From a virus (Duplodnaviria; Heunggongvirae; Uroviricota; Caudoviricetes), in the IMG/VR virus record IMGVR_UViG_3300037245_002365: a stretch of 31,239 bases of DNA; one strand, written 5' to 3'. This document shows, piece after piece, positions 9,582-19,465 of the stretch (positions are counted from its first letter, which is position 1; each line of letters begins with the position of its first letter). The notes below the pieces were generated by a model. It was given only the letters and a program-made list of their open reading frames with translations, did not search any database and was not told the origin of the DNA. Position numbers and translations under genes: made by a program.

Positions 9582-10307
9582 TTATACAAGCCCCTTAATT
9601 TCTTTAGCAATCTTTAACTCACGCTTTTTAAGAGCCGATGGACTCATTTTTAAGTTCATCGAAATATCTTTTGAGGATAAACGTCTTACGCCGCTCAAGC
9701 CAAAACGATATTCCATAATTTTTTTATCTATCGGGTCTGCATCATAATACACAAACTCAATTGCTTGTCGTGCTGCTGGGTCTTCACCAGAAGTTTCAGC
9801 ATAGAAATAGAAACCACCATCGTCCTCATCGTCCTGTAAAGTCATTGAAAGGTCTTTACGTAATTCTGATTGAAGTCGTTCTACTTCAGCAATACTTACA
9901 TATAGATTATCAGATAGTTCAGGAACTGTAGGTTCTCTGCCTAATTCAGATTCAAGATTGTCAAACACTGTATTGTATTTACCAATCATTAAAATACGAG
10001 GTTCAGGTATGTGACCTATATTCTGATAGTTCATAACAAACCTACTTAACTTTTTAAGGCTGTTTGTAACATGTGTGTTAAGTTGAGCTTTGCTTGGATC
10101 ATATGTATCTATAGCCTTAAAAGCCAAATCTTTGGCTTCTAGTTCTAAAGCTATATCCGGTAAACCAGAGCCTTTAAATTTATTTACCTGTCCATATATA
10201 ACCGGTGCTAGTGACTGCATTAATTCTGCTTTTGCAGTGGTACTTCCGGCACTATACTCTTGGAACAGCCGTCTTTCTTTTTCTTTTATATCTTCAAAAT
10301 ATGTCAT
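9582..10307 (-). CDS. Phage RNA polymerase sigma factor, sigma-70 family (group 3-like, SigF/FliA-sized)
   Basis: Region 2-like EAKDLAFKAIDTYDPSKAQLNTHV, region 3 LESELGREPTVPELSDNL and region 4 HTH KKIMEYRFGL...SSKDISMNLKMSPSALKKRE. Confidence 0.9.
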   Translation of the reverse strand: MTYFEDIKEKERRLFQEYSAGSTTAKAELMQSLAPVIYGQVNKFKGSGLPDIALELEAKDLAFKAIDTYDPSKAQLNTHVTNSLKKLSRFVMNYQNIGHIPEPRILMIGKYNTVFDNLESELGREPTVPELSDNLYVSIAEVERLQSELRKDLSMTLQDDEDDGGFYFYAETSGEDPAARQAIEFVYYDADPIDKKIMEYRFGLSGVRRLSSKDISMNLKMSPSALKKRELKIAKEIKGLV

Positions 10308-10309
10308 AA

Positions 10310-11422
10310 TTATTTAATTTTTGTAAGGTGTATACGCTTCTGTATTAACAAGTTATCTTTTATCTTATTTAATTTTTGTGCTGCTACCTGCACTTCTTCA
10401 TATACTGTATTATCAACTCTATTGTCTGTCCAAAATGTATCTTTGGTAAAACGTATGGCCAGTGCCTCAAAAAATGCCTGTGCATCACCTATTTCACTAC
10501 TTACTATTTCAGAAAAATTACCTAAATCAACATGTACAACCGCAACCTTATCCTGTACTGCTGTACAAAAGTCACTTTGGAAATCAGCAAAATAGGCGTT
10601 AATAACTCCTTGCGTGGTAGCAAGCCAATTGGTCGTACTAACTCCTGAAAACAGGTCACCCTCATAATTTTTAAAATTTAAAAACCCATTGATTGCCTCT
10701 ATAGCAAAATCGATGTTTGCTATATATTCCGCAGTTTGCGAATCTAATCTACTCATGTCAATTGCCGAATATAAAGTACGCAATTCAGTGTCATTAACAA
10801 CACCCGGTAAAGTAAGTAAATGTTTGGTTACAAACCATGACATAGCAAAAGTAGCTGTCTTCTGAAAACTTGCATTATAACTCACAGATAAATTTAATGG
10901 ATAACCATAAATTGTGTGATTATGCACAGACAGCACGGCTATATTGTCATTCTCAACTAATTTTGTTCCTCTCATCATTTCATCATACATTTTAATTATA
11001 CTACTCTGATGATAATACTGTGAAGGATTTGATTGTCCAGCATAATCTACGGCAGTGCCTTGTAAATTGTATATCTTTGCTTTCTCTCCAAAAAAGGATA
11101 ACGCAGAGACTCCAAAAGTCTCCAATATTTGTGCCCTTTCTTGTGAAGCAACAGAAAAGCCAGATAAGAAAAACTTATTTGTTTGAGCTTTTATATTACC
11201 ACTCTCATTATTCTGTACAATAATAGTTGCACCTGCTTCGGTGCCATTGATCTTTTCCGCTAAATCCATTGGCTCTGCTTTTGCAGATAAACTGCCGCTA
11301 GCCAACATAGGTTCTAAGAAATTATAACCTGATGACTGTGGTATTTCTGGACCTTTCGTTCCGTTTATTATTCCACCTACAATGCCTGCGGCGCTAATTG
11401 GCCCTATATTTGATCCTGGCAT
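10310..11422 (-). CDS. Hypothetical tail/baseplate protein (possible tube-initiator-like)
   Basis: 370-aa ORF after the hub-like gene, with a beta-rich N-half (FFLSGFSVASQERAQILETFG...FFGEKAKIYNLQG). Function is inferred from position only. Confidence 0.45.
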   Translation of the reverse strand: MPGSNIGPISAAGIVGGIINGTKGPEIPQSSGYNFLEPMLASGSLSAKAEPMDLAEKINGTEAGATIIVQNNESGNIKAQTNKFFLSGFSVASQERAQILETFGVSALSFFGEKAKIYNLQGTAVDYAGQSNPSQYYHQSSIIKMYDEMMRGTKLVENDNIAVLSVHNHTIYGYPLNLSVSYNASFQKTATFAMSWFVTKHLLTLPGVVNDTELRTLYSAIDMSRLDSQTAEYIANIDFAIEAINGFLNFKNYEGDLFSGVSTTNWLATTQGVINAYFADFQSDFCTAVQDKVAVVHVDLGNFSEIVSSEIGDAQAFFEALAIRFTKDTFWTDNRVDNTVYEEVQVAAQKLNKIKDNLLIQKRIHLTKIK

Positions 11423-11425
11423 AAT

Positions 11426-13927
11426 TTAATTCTTTGTTACCAAAGTCCCGTCTACATTTATATAATCTTTTAATCCTTCCAAAACATGTGCCCTACTAGT
11501 TAAATTATAAGGTCTAAATGCCGCTTTAGCAACCACTTTCGCTTCATTCAGCAAATCTTCTGTACTTCCTGTAGTTACTTCAGATGCTTCTGAATCTTTG
11601 TTGTTTACAATATCGTCTTTAATACTATCCACGTTTTCCGCTGCACCCATTATAGAGATTGCATCCTTATAATCTTTTAGGTGCCCAGTGTTTGTAACAC
11701 CTTCTGGCCCTATTGACTTTAAATACATATCTTTTGGAACAAGTGGTCTCCAGTTCATTAAAGTCTCCCATAACATTATGTCTTCTGCGCTGCCACCCGC
11801 TTCTATACTTTTATAATCTTTAATGAGTGATTGTATAGAATTATATATTTGGTAAGCATATTCTCCAGCAATAGGTAGGGGTTCTGTGGCATCGCCAGCG
11901 CGTGGCGGAGTTAATGTTGTATTTCCAACATTATCTGATTTTTGTTCGTCTGTCCACGAACTTATAGGTTTCCTAATAGAATAAAAAATGGATTGGTCTG
12001 GTCTTGCCAATGTATCTTTATTTAATTCGTCTAATCCAGCCCATCTTTGTTTTGCATTATCTACTGGTAAATCTGCTGCCTCCTTTGTTTGCCCAGCTCC
12101 GTCTGCTGTATAAGTCTCTTGCAATTTATTTAATTTTTTTCTTTTATGGCCTTTACCAAAAAGTATATATGAGTAAATGTCCATACCTATATTAAATCCA
12201 TTATATAGTGCACCATCATATAATGATGTATTATAGAAATAATCTGTTGTTCTCCCATAATCCTTTAATAAATATCCTTTTACTGGATCAACTGCATCAT
12301 TAGGTGCGACTGTAACAAAAGGCGATGTAAAGTCTTCTTCATATATAACCTGCACATTTCTCATGGTTACACTGCTAATGGCCTGCCCAGCAGCATTAAT
12401 GGAAGTGTTTATAGAGGAAAGTACGCCCAATATAGATGGACCGTTTGTGTCAATAAATACCGCTGGAAATCCAATTATTCTGTAAGGACTCCAATCACAG
12501 GTAAAAGATGCTGTTCTTTGTCCATACTTCATTTTAAAATACCTTTGTGCACCTTCTAACTGAAAAGCTTGTGCTAATGGACCAGATTTTTCAATATCGT
12601 TCTCTGCCAGCCAATTAGCTTCATCTATCGGATTATTTCTTCCTGCAGTATCTGCTGCTATTAATTTGGCGATTGCTGTCCCGGCCTTTTGTTCATCTAT
12701 TTCATCTTGAATAGCCTTATAAAATGGCCCATCAAATTTATAAAAATGTGGACGTACACCAAATAAAGCCTCTTCTTGCGTTAGTGCTGTTTGTCCCGTT
12801 TCCTTATCAATCTTTAGATTTGGTGTCATGTAAGTTGGGCTAAGCGTATCCGCAGTACTTCCAGGTTTTACAAATCTCCATGATCCTTGACCAATAACCC
12901 TTGTTATTTCCTTATTCATGGCTCTTGAATAATCTACATCTGTTACTTGATCCCTAAAAAACACATTACAAAGAGGCGGTGGGCTTGTATCTAAATCAGG
13001 AGTAGCTAGTACTCTAATGGGTCCTATATTATTAGGATCGGTAGTATGAATTCTTCTATTTTTTAAAGGTGCCGCAGGTGTAATAAGTTTATAACGTAAT
13101 ACTTTCAACACTTCATTTAATACAGCATTTAATCCGATTTGGTTATAATCACCAATCCTAAGACTAGAATTCTGTCTTAAATTATTTAAAGTTGCGCGCT
13201 GCAATTGATTCTGAAATTTAAACTGTGTATATATTGGGTTTGGTAGAACTAGTATAGACTCTGGAATTTTAAAAGCCTTCGAAGCTATACCATAAAAGAC
13301 GTCATAAGTTTCAAAATATGCACTTATTGTCTGTATTAGGTCTGTATAATCTCCGTTCTGTATAGTGGCCCTATTAAATAATTGTGTGATAGCTCCTATA
13401 ACTCCATCAAAGCCCTTGTTAATTTTTATATCACTTATATCTATTTTAGTACCAGAAATATTTGCTAATTCCACCGCAGTTTGTTCCGATGTTTCATCGG
13501 ATTTTTCGTTAACGCCTGTAGTTTGCGGCCATACAGTATTAAGGTGTAAATTTCTAGCAAGCTCATCTGTAACAATAGAATCTGTTGGCTGTACTTGTGC
13601 TTTATCCCACCTATTTAATAAACTAGAGCACATTAATGCTATTGAGCGTCCACCAGAAGTTAAAGAATAAGAATGTCCTGTGACTTCGCCTTCAAATAAT
13701 AATACTTTTTCATTAGTGTCACTTGGTCCGTTGCCTGCTGTATTTTCGGCTAGTGCTGTTCCGAATACTTGAACGATTGTACCCTCTAAAATACGTAATG
13801 AGCCTGATTGGGCTGGAAATGAAAGTGAAGCGCTTGGATAACCAAACTCGGTTTCAGTTATATTCACCGCCGAGCATGGTGTTCGTATCCCTTCTAAATA
13901 TACTTCATATTCTACTTTTTTAGCCAT
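11426..13927 (-). CDS. Putative baseplate hub protein (gp27/gpD/Mu gp44-like)
   Basis: Follows the tape measure gene with a TAATG overlap. N-terminal pattern YEVYLEG...SASLSF...LLFEGEVTGHSYS...IALMCSSLL and later 'GILSSINTSI'-like strands are typical of hub proteins. Confidence 0.65.
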   Translation of the reverse strand: MAKKVEYEVYLEGIRTPCSAVNITETEFGYPSASLSFPAQSGSLRILEGTIVQVFGTALAENTAGNGPSDTNEKVLLFEGEVTGHSYSLTSGGRSIALMCSSLLNRWDKAQVQPTDSIVTDELARNLHLNTVWPQTTGVNEKSDETSEQTAVELANISGTKIDISDIKINKGFDGVIGAITQLFNRATIQNGDYTDLIQTISAYFETYDVFYGIASKAFKIPESILVLPNPIYTQFKFQNQLQRATLNNLRQNSSLRIGDYNQIGLNAVLNEVLKVLRYKLITPAAPLKNRRIHTTDPNNIGPIRVLATPDLDTSPPPLCNVFFRDQVTDVDYSRAMNKEITRVIGQGSWRFVKPGSTADTLSPTYMTPNLKIDKETGQTALTQEEALFGVRPHFYKFDGPFYKAIQDEIDEQKAGTAIAKLIAADTAGRNNPIDEANWLAENDIEKSGPLAQAFQLEGAQRYFKMKYGQRTASFTCDWSPYRIIGFPAVFIDTNGPSILGVLSSINTSINAAGQAISSVTMRNVQVIYEEDFTSPFVTVAPNDAVDPVKGYLLKDYGRTTDYFYNTSLYDGALYNGFNIGMDIYSYILFGKGHKRKKLNKLQETYTADGAGQTKEAADLPVDNAKQRWAGLDELNKDTLARPDQSIFYSIRKPISSWTDEQKSDNVGNTTLTPPRAGDATEPLPIAGEYAYQIYNSIQSLIKDYKSIEAGGSAEDIMLWETLMNWRPLVPKDMYLKSIGPEGVTNTGHLKDYKDAISIMGAAENVDSIKDDIVNNKDSEASEVTTGSTEDLLNEAKVVAKAAFRPYNLTSRAHVLEGLKDYINVDGTLVTKN

Positions 13928-16308
13928 TATTTTATTTCTTTAGTCGGCATTGCGCCTTGATTATCTTTCATTCTATCGGCAATATACTTAATTGCCGTTG
14001 CCGTTGTTTTTTCAGAAGTACCATACATTTCCTGTACAACCCTGCCAAAGGCTTCCCTATCTTTACCCTCTAGTTCTCTATAAGCCTTCATAGCTTCAGT
14101 GGAACTTACACCACTTATCTTTGAATAATCTATTTCGCCCTTTGTACCAAAAAACCTTTCTTTGGCGCTTTTATATCCTTCTAACGCCAGCTCTGCAACC
14201 TCTTCATCTTCTGGCATTACCAAACTTCCTTTTTCTGCTATTTCAATTGTTAATCTATCGCGCAATTCATTGATACTGGTTTCTTTCCAACCCATTGTTT
14301 TTGCTTGAGCTAATAACATTTGGCCACCTGGTGAAACTCTCAATGCCTCTGTAGCAGTAAAGATTGCTTGCTCTTCTTCAGTTAAAGGAACACTGGATTC
14401 ACGTAAAGTCGCTGCAGTATATGGTGTACCAGAAATTAACATACCTGTCTTTTCACCATACTTTGCTGGTTCTACAAATCCTGATGGTCTTTTTTCCGCT
14501 ATGCTTGCTCTTATTGCAGCGAGGTCAATAGGTTCGCCGCCTTCTCTTAAAGAGCCTTCTATATTATAAACCTCTCTGTTTATTCCTCTAAAAGCCTCTT
14601 TGACCCTTTGTTTATAACCTATACCTGCCGGATCAAAACCAAGTCCTGAAAAGGCACTTTCTACAAAAGCAAGTCCCTTAGCAATTACACTAGCAGAGTT
14701 TTCTTCTACTATTCCTTCCATTGTACGAATACCTGCTTCACCACTTATCTCTAACATGCCAGCCCGCCCAAGACTACTCATAGTTAGTAACAGTTGCGCC
14801 TGCGCTGGATCAGCAATACCTTGTGATACCATAAATCCGCCAACGTTTCCTTGTGTGGGATCAATACCCATTGCACGCAATTGGTCAGCCATAGTATTAA
14901 CCATACTCATTGTGCCGCCAAAGAAACCTCTCTGCTCTTGTATAGCGGCAGACTGCGGCCCTCTTGCCATCAATGCGGTAAAATAATTTTCAGGTGTTGA
15001 TAGGAAATTCGCAGCTCCAGTAAAACGCTCTTGGAATGTTCCGCCTAAGCCGCCGCCCCCCATGTAATTATAAACATCAAGTTGGCCAATAGCACTTTGG
15101 TTATAACGTAATACAGTCTCAGCCATATTCATAGAGGCTGCTTCTCTTCCACCAAGATCTCTAACCATAAAATTAGATACTGGGTTTGCCATCATTAATG
15201 CATCTGTTGTCATTAATGCCGATTGAGCCATCTCAAATCCGGTAGCTGCGCCAAGACCAGTACCCATGACCATTTCTGCTCCACGCATACCAAATTGCAT
15301 AAAGTCCAATCCAGACATTCCAACGGAAGTTCCCATGGCTTGTTGTGATATAGCAAAGCCACCAATACCGCCCATCGTGGTAATTCCTTTTTGTTGCAGA
15401 CCACCCATTATAGCAGCAGCCTCCTCTTGGAAAACACCTAAAGCATGAGCAACAGTTCTAACATTTTCTACAACACCTTTTACTGTTTGTGTGAAATCTT
15501 GCGTACCTTGCATACCTTGAAAACCACCAGCATTACTGAAAACAGATAATACTTCTTGAATGTCTTGTCTTGTTACATCATTTAATTGTCCCTGAAATGA
15601 AGTCGTATAAGCTTCTAGATCAGTTGCTAAAGCTAATCCAGCCTTTCTGGATATTCCACCAATTGATAAATCGGCCAAATTTTGTATACCTTCAAAGATC
15701 TCATTTCTATCACTTACTCTACCAGTTAAGAAACTTAGCCCAACATCAGCTGCCATACCAAAACCGCCACCAACTAAACCAAAAGCTGCAGTACCCATGA
15801 TTGTTAGAGCGTTTTCAGCAAAGAAGTCTCCTATATCTTCTCCTAAGGATTCTCTAACTGCCCCACCATAAGCTCCTCTTGATAATGGACCTCTTGGATC
15901 ATATCCTAACCCAAGGGTTGCTGCTCCAACTCTTCCAAAGAACCCTTGTGGAAGGTTAGCATCTAATCGAGAAAGGGGCGCAGTGAAATCTGGATAATCT
16001 GTAGGTTGCATAAGACCAACACGTCTCATATCACCAGTAAACTTATTAAATCCAAGTTGTGCACTTTCAGCCATCCTATCCATCATTTCCATAGCGCCAC
16101 CAACACCGTTTTGGAAAGTTTGCATAGCGTCTGTAGCTTGGAATCCGCCAGTACCGGACATAAAATTAGAAAGACTAGGAGGTGGTACAGCAAAGGCCGC
16201 ACCTCTTCCCATCGCCAAATCTATTTGTTGGCGTACATTGTCTAATTGCGCTCCTAAATCCTCTTGATCTAGTTCTATCTTATATTTTACAACTTCATCT
16301 AAAGCCAT
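13927..16308 (-). CDS. Tape measure protein-like (793 aa)
   Basis: Gly/Ala/Met-rich helical protein with hydrophobic segments, located immediately downstream of the frameshifting chaperone pair. Confidence 0.75.
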   Translation of the reverse strand: MALDEVVKYKIELDQEDLGAQLDNVRQQIDLAMGRGAAFAVPPPSLSNFMSGTGGFQATDAMQTFQNGVGGAMEMMDRMAESAQLGFNKFTGDMRRVGLMQPTDYPDFTAPLSRLDANLPQGFFGRVGAATLGLGYDPRGPLSRGAYGGAVRESLGEDIGDFFAENALTIMGTAAFGLVGGGFGMAADVGLSFLTGRVSDRNEIFEGIQNLADLSIGGISRKAGLALATDLEAYTTSFQGQLNDVTRQDIQEVLSVFSNAGGFQGMQGTQDFTQTVKGVVENVRTVAHALGVFQEEAAAIMGGLQQKGITTMGGIGGFAISQQAMGTSVGMSGLDFMQFGMRGAEMVMGTGLGAATGFEMAQSALMTTDALMMANPVSNFMVRDLGGREAASMNMAETVLRYNQSAIGQLDVYNYMGGGGLGGTFQERFTGAANFLSTPENYFTALMARGPQSAAIQEQRGFFGGTMSMVNTMADQLRAMGIDPTQGNVGGFMVSQGIADPAQAQLLLTMSSLGRAGMLEISGEAGIRTMEGIVEENSASVIAKGLAFVESAFSGLGFDPAGIGYKQRVKEAFRGINREVYNIEGSLREGGEPIDLAAIRASIAEKRPSGFVEPAKYGEKTGMLISGTPYTAATLRESSVPLTEEEQAIFTATEALRVSPGGQMLLAQAKTMGWKETSINELRDRLTIEIAEKGSLVMPEDEEVAELALEGYKSAKERFFGTKGEIDYSKISGVSSTEAMKAYRELEGKDREAFGRVVQEMYGTSEKTTATAIKYIADRMKDNQGAMPTKEIK

Positions 16309-16312
16309 TTCT

Positions 16313-16720
16313 TTATTCCCTTGTTTGTTTTACTAATTCACCTAAACTTACAGAATTTAAATCACTAGTATACTTTTCAGCGTCTCCTAATACTATTTCT
16401 GTAGGTGTTCCACGACCGCCGATTAGTTGTTGTAGTTCGTCCTGCATTGATTGTTTTGCGTCTTTTGTTTCGCCTGTTATTCCGAAGGTTACTCTGTGAT
16501 ACTCGTTCATCAGTTTACTGTGTTTTTCCATAGCATCTGTTTGATCGATGGTTTCTACACCAAGTATCGCAGAAGATGATAAGATCATTGTCTCCAAATA
16601 TCTGAGTGTTTTCTCCTTCTCTAATGAGCGCAACAAAACAAACTCCCTCAATCCTCCTCTTGTGCCTAAGTCAACACCTTTGGAGATCGCTTCAACTCTT
16701 TTTAGATTGAGGGGTCTTCG
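16313..16720 (-). CDS. C-terminal (gpT-like) part of the tail assembly chaperone, reached by -1 frameshift
   Basis: The frame of ORF 16313-16651 stays open upstream to the slippery site: (FF)RRPLNLKRVEAISKGVDLGTRGGLREFVLLRSLE... The fusion product would be about 296 aa. Confidence 0.8.
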   Translation of the reverse strand, partial: RRPLNLKRVEAISKGVDLGTRGGLREFVLLRSLEKEKTLRYLETMILSSSAILGVETIDQTDAMEKHSKLMNEYHRVTFGITGETKDAKQSMQDELQQLIGGRGTPTEIVLGDAEKYTSDLNSVSLGELVKQTRE

Positions 16721-17202
16721 AAAAAATATTCGTCTACTTTTTCGTACTCAAGCGCAACTCTGATCTGTTTCTCAAATCCGTGCTGTGCCTTACCTAATTT
16801 GTCTACTGCTATTGGAGGCAGTTTTTTTAGAAAGTCTTCAATCTGTTCTGGTTTAGTAAATTTCTGTTTGACACCTTCTGTGTTTACACTTACAATTGCG
16901 GCTTTCAGTAATTCCATTGTATACTTGTGTAATACCTGTGCTGTTGTGCCTTCTAATTTACTTAAAAAGGTATCTAAGTGTAATTGATTTTCTGTAATAA
17001 GGTTTTTAAGAGTTACAGATTTCTTGCCGGGGATAATATCAATTTCAATAGTTGTAATTCCGTCTTCAAATAACTCTGTTAAAATTTTATCTTTTTGCTT
17101 GTCAGTAAGTTTAATTACTTTTTCTTTTTTTACTGGTACTTCCGGAGAGGATACTTCTTCTTTTGAAGTATCTACTTTATTCTTTTTCTTTGCTTCGGTC
17201 AT
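16702..17202 (-). CDS. Tail assembly chaperone (gpG-like, 166 aa)
   Basis: Two genes upstream of the tape measure gene. Ends ...DEYFFEDPSI with a T TTT TTC slippery heptamer. Confidence 0.8.
   Translation of the reverse strand: MTEAKKKNKVDTSKEEVSSPEVPVKKEKVIKLTDKQKDKILTELFEDGITTIEIDIIPGKKSVTLKNLITENQLHLDTFLSKLEGTTAQVLHKYTMELLKAAIVSVNTEGVKQKFTKPEQIEDFLKKLPPIAVDKLGKAQHGFEKQIRVALEYEKVDEYFFEDPSI
16720..16726 (-). other. -1 programmed ribosomal frameshift slippery site T TTT TTC
   Basis: The minus strand reads GAA TAT TTT TTC GAA, an X XXY YYZ heptamer in the correct phase. The -1 frame has a TGA a few codons before the site and none after it until 16313. Confidence 0.85.
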
Positions 17203-17238
17203 TTAATTCTTCTTTGGTTAATAAATTTTCTCTACCCT

Positions 17239-17270
17239 TAAATATAGTACATTTTTTGTTTTAAAGCCAA
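17239..17270 (-). promoter_or_regulatory. Putative leftward promoter TTGGCT-N18-TATATTTA
   Basis: Intergenic, upstream of the tail operon. Has the same TATATT element as the candidates at 19265 and 23823. Confidence 0.5.
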
Positions 17271-17326
17271 GCGGTATTTCATATTTTTTGGTATAAGAAG
17301 TTAGAACATAACCGTATTAATTATAA

Positions 17327-18697
17327 ATGATACAAATACAATTAGACAGCGAAACATTGCTGTCCGGATTAACCAAACAACATATTTCTAATATAAAAAG
17401 TTTGGTAACAATTAACAACCCAATGTTCTATAAGAGATTAGACATCGGGTTATCTAATTGGGGAGTTCCACCAGACCTTTCGTATTATACGGAAATGGGT
17501 GACTCCTCTATTATAGTGCCTATGGGCGCAACAGAAGAAGTCATAAATTTATTATTAGACAGCGGTCAAAAATTATCAAAAAGAAGTATTACAGATAACC
17601 GAGTAGATAATGAATTAGTAGACTATTTTTCTAAATTAAAATTTAACGGAGAGCCCAGAAAATATCAGGGTGATACCGTCGATGTTTGCATGGACAAAAC
17701 AGTTGGAGTCGTACAGGCCAAAACTGGTTCAGGCAAAACATTTATGTTTGTTGATCTGACTTTTAGAAGACAACAACAAACGCTTATTTTAGTCAACACT
17801 ATTGAATTAGCAGATCAGACTGTAGACGCATTCTGCAAATTTTCGAATATAAAGAAAGAAGACATTGGTTTTATTGGGAATGGAAAATTCGACTTGAAAC
17901 CAATCACAGTTTGCTTGCATCAAACTCTTGCAAAATTAAATGGTGAGAAGACTAAATTAGTATCTGATAAAGTTGGGATGGTTATAGCTGACGAGGTACA
18001 TATATGTGCCGCTGACTCATACTATAATAATATGTGTAAATTACGGGCCAAATATAAATTTGGTTTTAGTGCTACACCTAAGAGACCCGACGGCTTAACA
18101 AAAGTTATACACTGGGCGACTGGCCCAACTATACATGAGGTTGATCCGGCTTTATTAAAAGACGTTCTGATAACACCTGACCCAATATATATTAATACTA
18201 ACTATTATTTTCCTTATATGGGATCACATGAATATCAAGAAATGATTACTGACTTATGTGATGACGAGGAAAGAAACCAACTAATTGTTAGAACATTAAA
18301 TAGAGATTATAAGTATAACAATGTAGCCATGCTTTGTTCTCGCGTTAGTCAAGTGGAAACACTTAAAGAAATGATTGGTAGAAAAGCCGTCATGCTACAT
18401 TCTAAGATGACAAAAAAAGTTAGAAAAACAACTATGGATTTATTACGTAATAGAAAAAAGACTGTTGTTATTTCAACATATGGGCTTTTCAGCACAGGTA
18501 TTGATATACCTCACCTAGACACCTTATTTTTATGTGCTCCTATGCGCTCAGAAATAAAAATTCGCCAATCGGCAGGCCGATTAATGCGTATGTGTGAGGG
18601 CAAGACTGCTGCTACCATTGTAGATTTTGTTGATAAAAAAATTGATCCATTAAAATATCAGGCATATGCTAGAAAGAAAATATTAACCACCTTATAA
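17327..18697 (+). CDS. SF2 DExH-box helicase (SSL2/UvsW/ResIII-like)
   Basis: PRKYQ Q-motif, Walker A AKTGSGKT, DEVH, SAT, STGIDIP and QSAGRLMR. Confidence 0.93.
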   Translation: MIQIQLDSETLLSGLTKQHISNIKSLVTINNPMFYKRLDIGLSNWGVPPDLSYYTEMGDSSIIVPMGATEEVINLLLDSGQKLSKRSITDNRVDNELVDYFSKLKFNGEPRKYQGDTVDVCMDKTVGVVQAKTGSGKTFMFVDLTFRRQQQTLILVNTIELADQTVDAFCKFSNIKKEDIGFIGNGKFDLKPITVCLHQTLAKLNGEKTKLVSDKVGMVIADEVHICAADSYYNNMCKLRAKYKFGFSATPKRPDGLTKVIHWATGPTIHEVDPALLKDVLITPDPIYINTNYYFPYMGSHEYQEMITDLCDDEERNQLIVRTLNRDYKYNNVAMLCSRVSQVETLKEMIGRKAVMLHSKMTKKVRKTTMDLLRNRKKTVVISTYGLFSTGIDIPHLDTLFLCAPMRSEIKIRQSAGRLMRMCEGKTAATIVDFVDKKIDPLKYQAYARKKILTTL

Positions 18698-18699
18698 TT

Positions 18700-19233
18700 A
18701 TGAAAAAAGAAATAAACATTAAACCGAATACAATTCTAGACACACCAGCTGTAAAATGCTTAACCGTCAGTCTCGATAATTCCCTCACAGGGACATTATC
18801 TGGAGAAGACGCTCAAGAAACTTATATGCCTCACGTTATAGATTTAATTCGGGATTTAAAAGATACCGCAGAAAGTCTTAAAGACAATTGTCTTGGACTT
18901 GCAGCAAACCAAATTTGGGATAATCCTGAAATTGGCTGCCCTTCTGTATTTATTATGAGATGGCCTAACAGCAAAGATCCACAAGGTTGGGAATGGAAAG
19001 TTGTTATAAATCCAAGAATAAACACAACGGGCAAAACTTTGAAGTTCGAAGAATCCTGTCTTAGTATGCCAGGACGTATTAAACGTTTAAGTCGTGGACA
19101 AAACGTAGAGATGTCGTATCAAGAGGAAGATAGCCATGCAGTAAAATATATTAAATTTTTTCGTAGGCATGGAATCTATCCATCAATAGTACAACATGAG
19201 TATAATCATCTGATGGGAAAAACAATTATTTAA
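18700..19233 (+). CDS. def: Peptide deformylase
   Basis: Motif 1 CLGLAANQI, motif 2 EESCLS and motif 3 QHEYNHLMG. Confidence 0.88.
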   Translation: MKKEINIKPNTILDTPAVKCLTVSLDNSLTGTLSGEDAQETYMPHVIDLIRDLKDTAESLKDNCLGLAANQIWDNPEIGCPSVFIMRWPNSKDPQGWEWKVVINPRINTTGKTLKFEESCLSMPGRIKRLSRGQNVEMSYQEEDSHAVKYIKFFRRHGIYPSIVQHEYNHLMGKTII

Positions 19234-19240
19234 AAAACAT

Positions 19241-19272
19241 TTTGTTTTTTGAAACACAAAGAGGTATATTAG
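19241..19272 (+). promoter_or_regulatory. Putative promoter TTGTTT-N17-TATATT (also TTTG-N20-TATATTAG)
   Basis: Located in the intergenic gap after def, with canonical 17-nt spacing. Confidence 0.5.
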
Positions 19273-19273
19273 A

Positions 19274-19465
19274 ATGAGTACACAAAGAATCCTAACAAGG
19301 AAAGAAGTTGCAGAAAGAAAAGAAGCTATAAATAACTGGTACATTCCAGCAAACCAAATGTATGCTATGAGCGCCAATGGAACCATTGTAGCGATAGAAA
19401 ATACTTTTGATGCAAGAGTGCAGTTCAGAAGCGAAGATCTTTTTGTAAGTGGAGCTGGACGTTAA
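19274..19465 (+). CDS. Small hypothetical protein (63 aa)
   Basis: Fills the gap, with GAGG 9 nt before the ATG. No recognisable motif. Confidence 0.55.
   Translation: MSTQRILTRKEVAERKEAINNWYIPANQMYAMSANGTIVAIENTFDARVQFRSEDLFVSGAGR

Noticed and set aside
1-17202. Bacterial tailocin/eCIS/T6SS locus rather than a phage
   Set aside because: The tape measure gene with a frameshifting chaperone, homing endonucleases, phage-type replication genes and the absence of host housekeeping context favour a phage.
17289-17297. TGGTATAAG as the rightward promoter or a phage-sigma site
   Set aside because: A plausible extended -10, but a single instance with no convincing -35 and no second intergenic copy seen, so it cannot be supported.
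17309-17316. TAACCGTA matches the 5' strand of E. coli 16S helix 45, suggesting that AACC pairs with rRNA GGUU
   Set aside because: Only one site matches this far, the complementary rRNA strand is normally paired and the host is unknown. Kept only as something to test.
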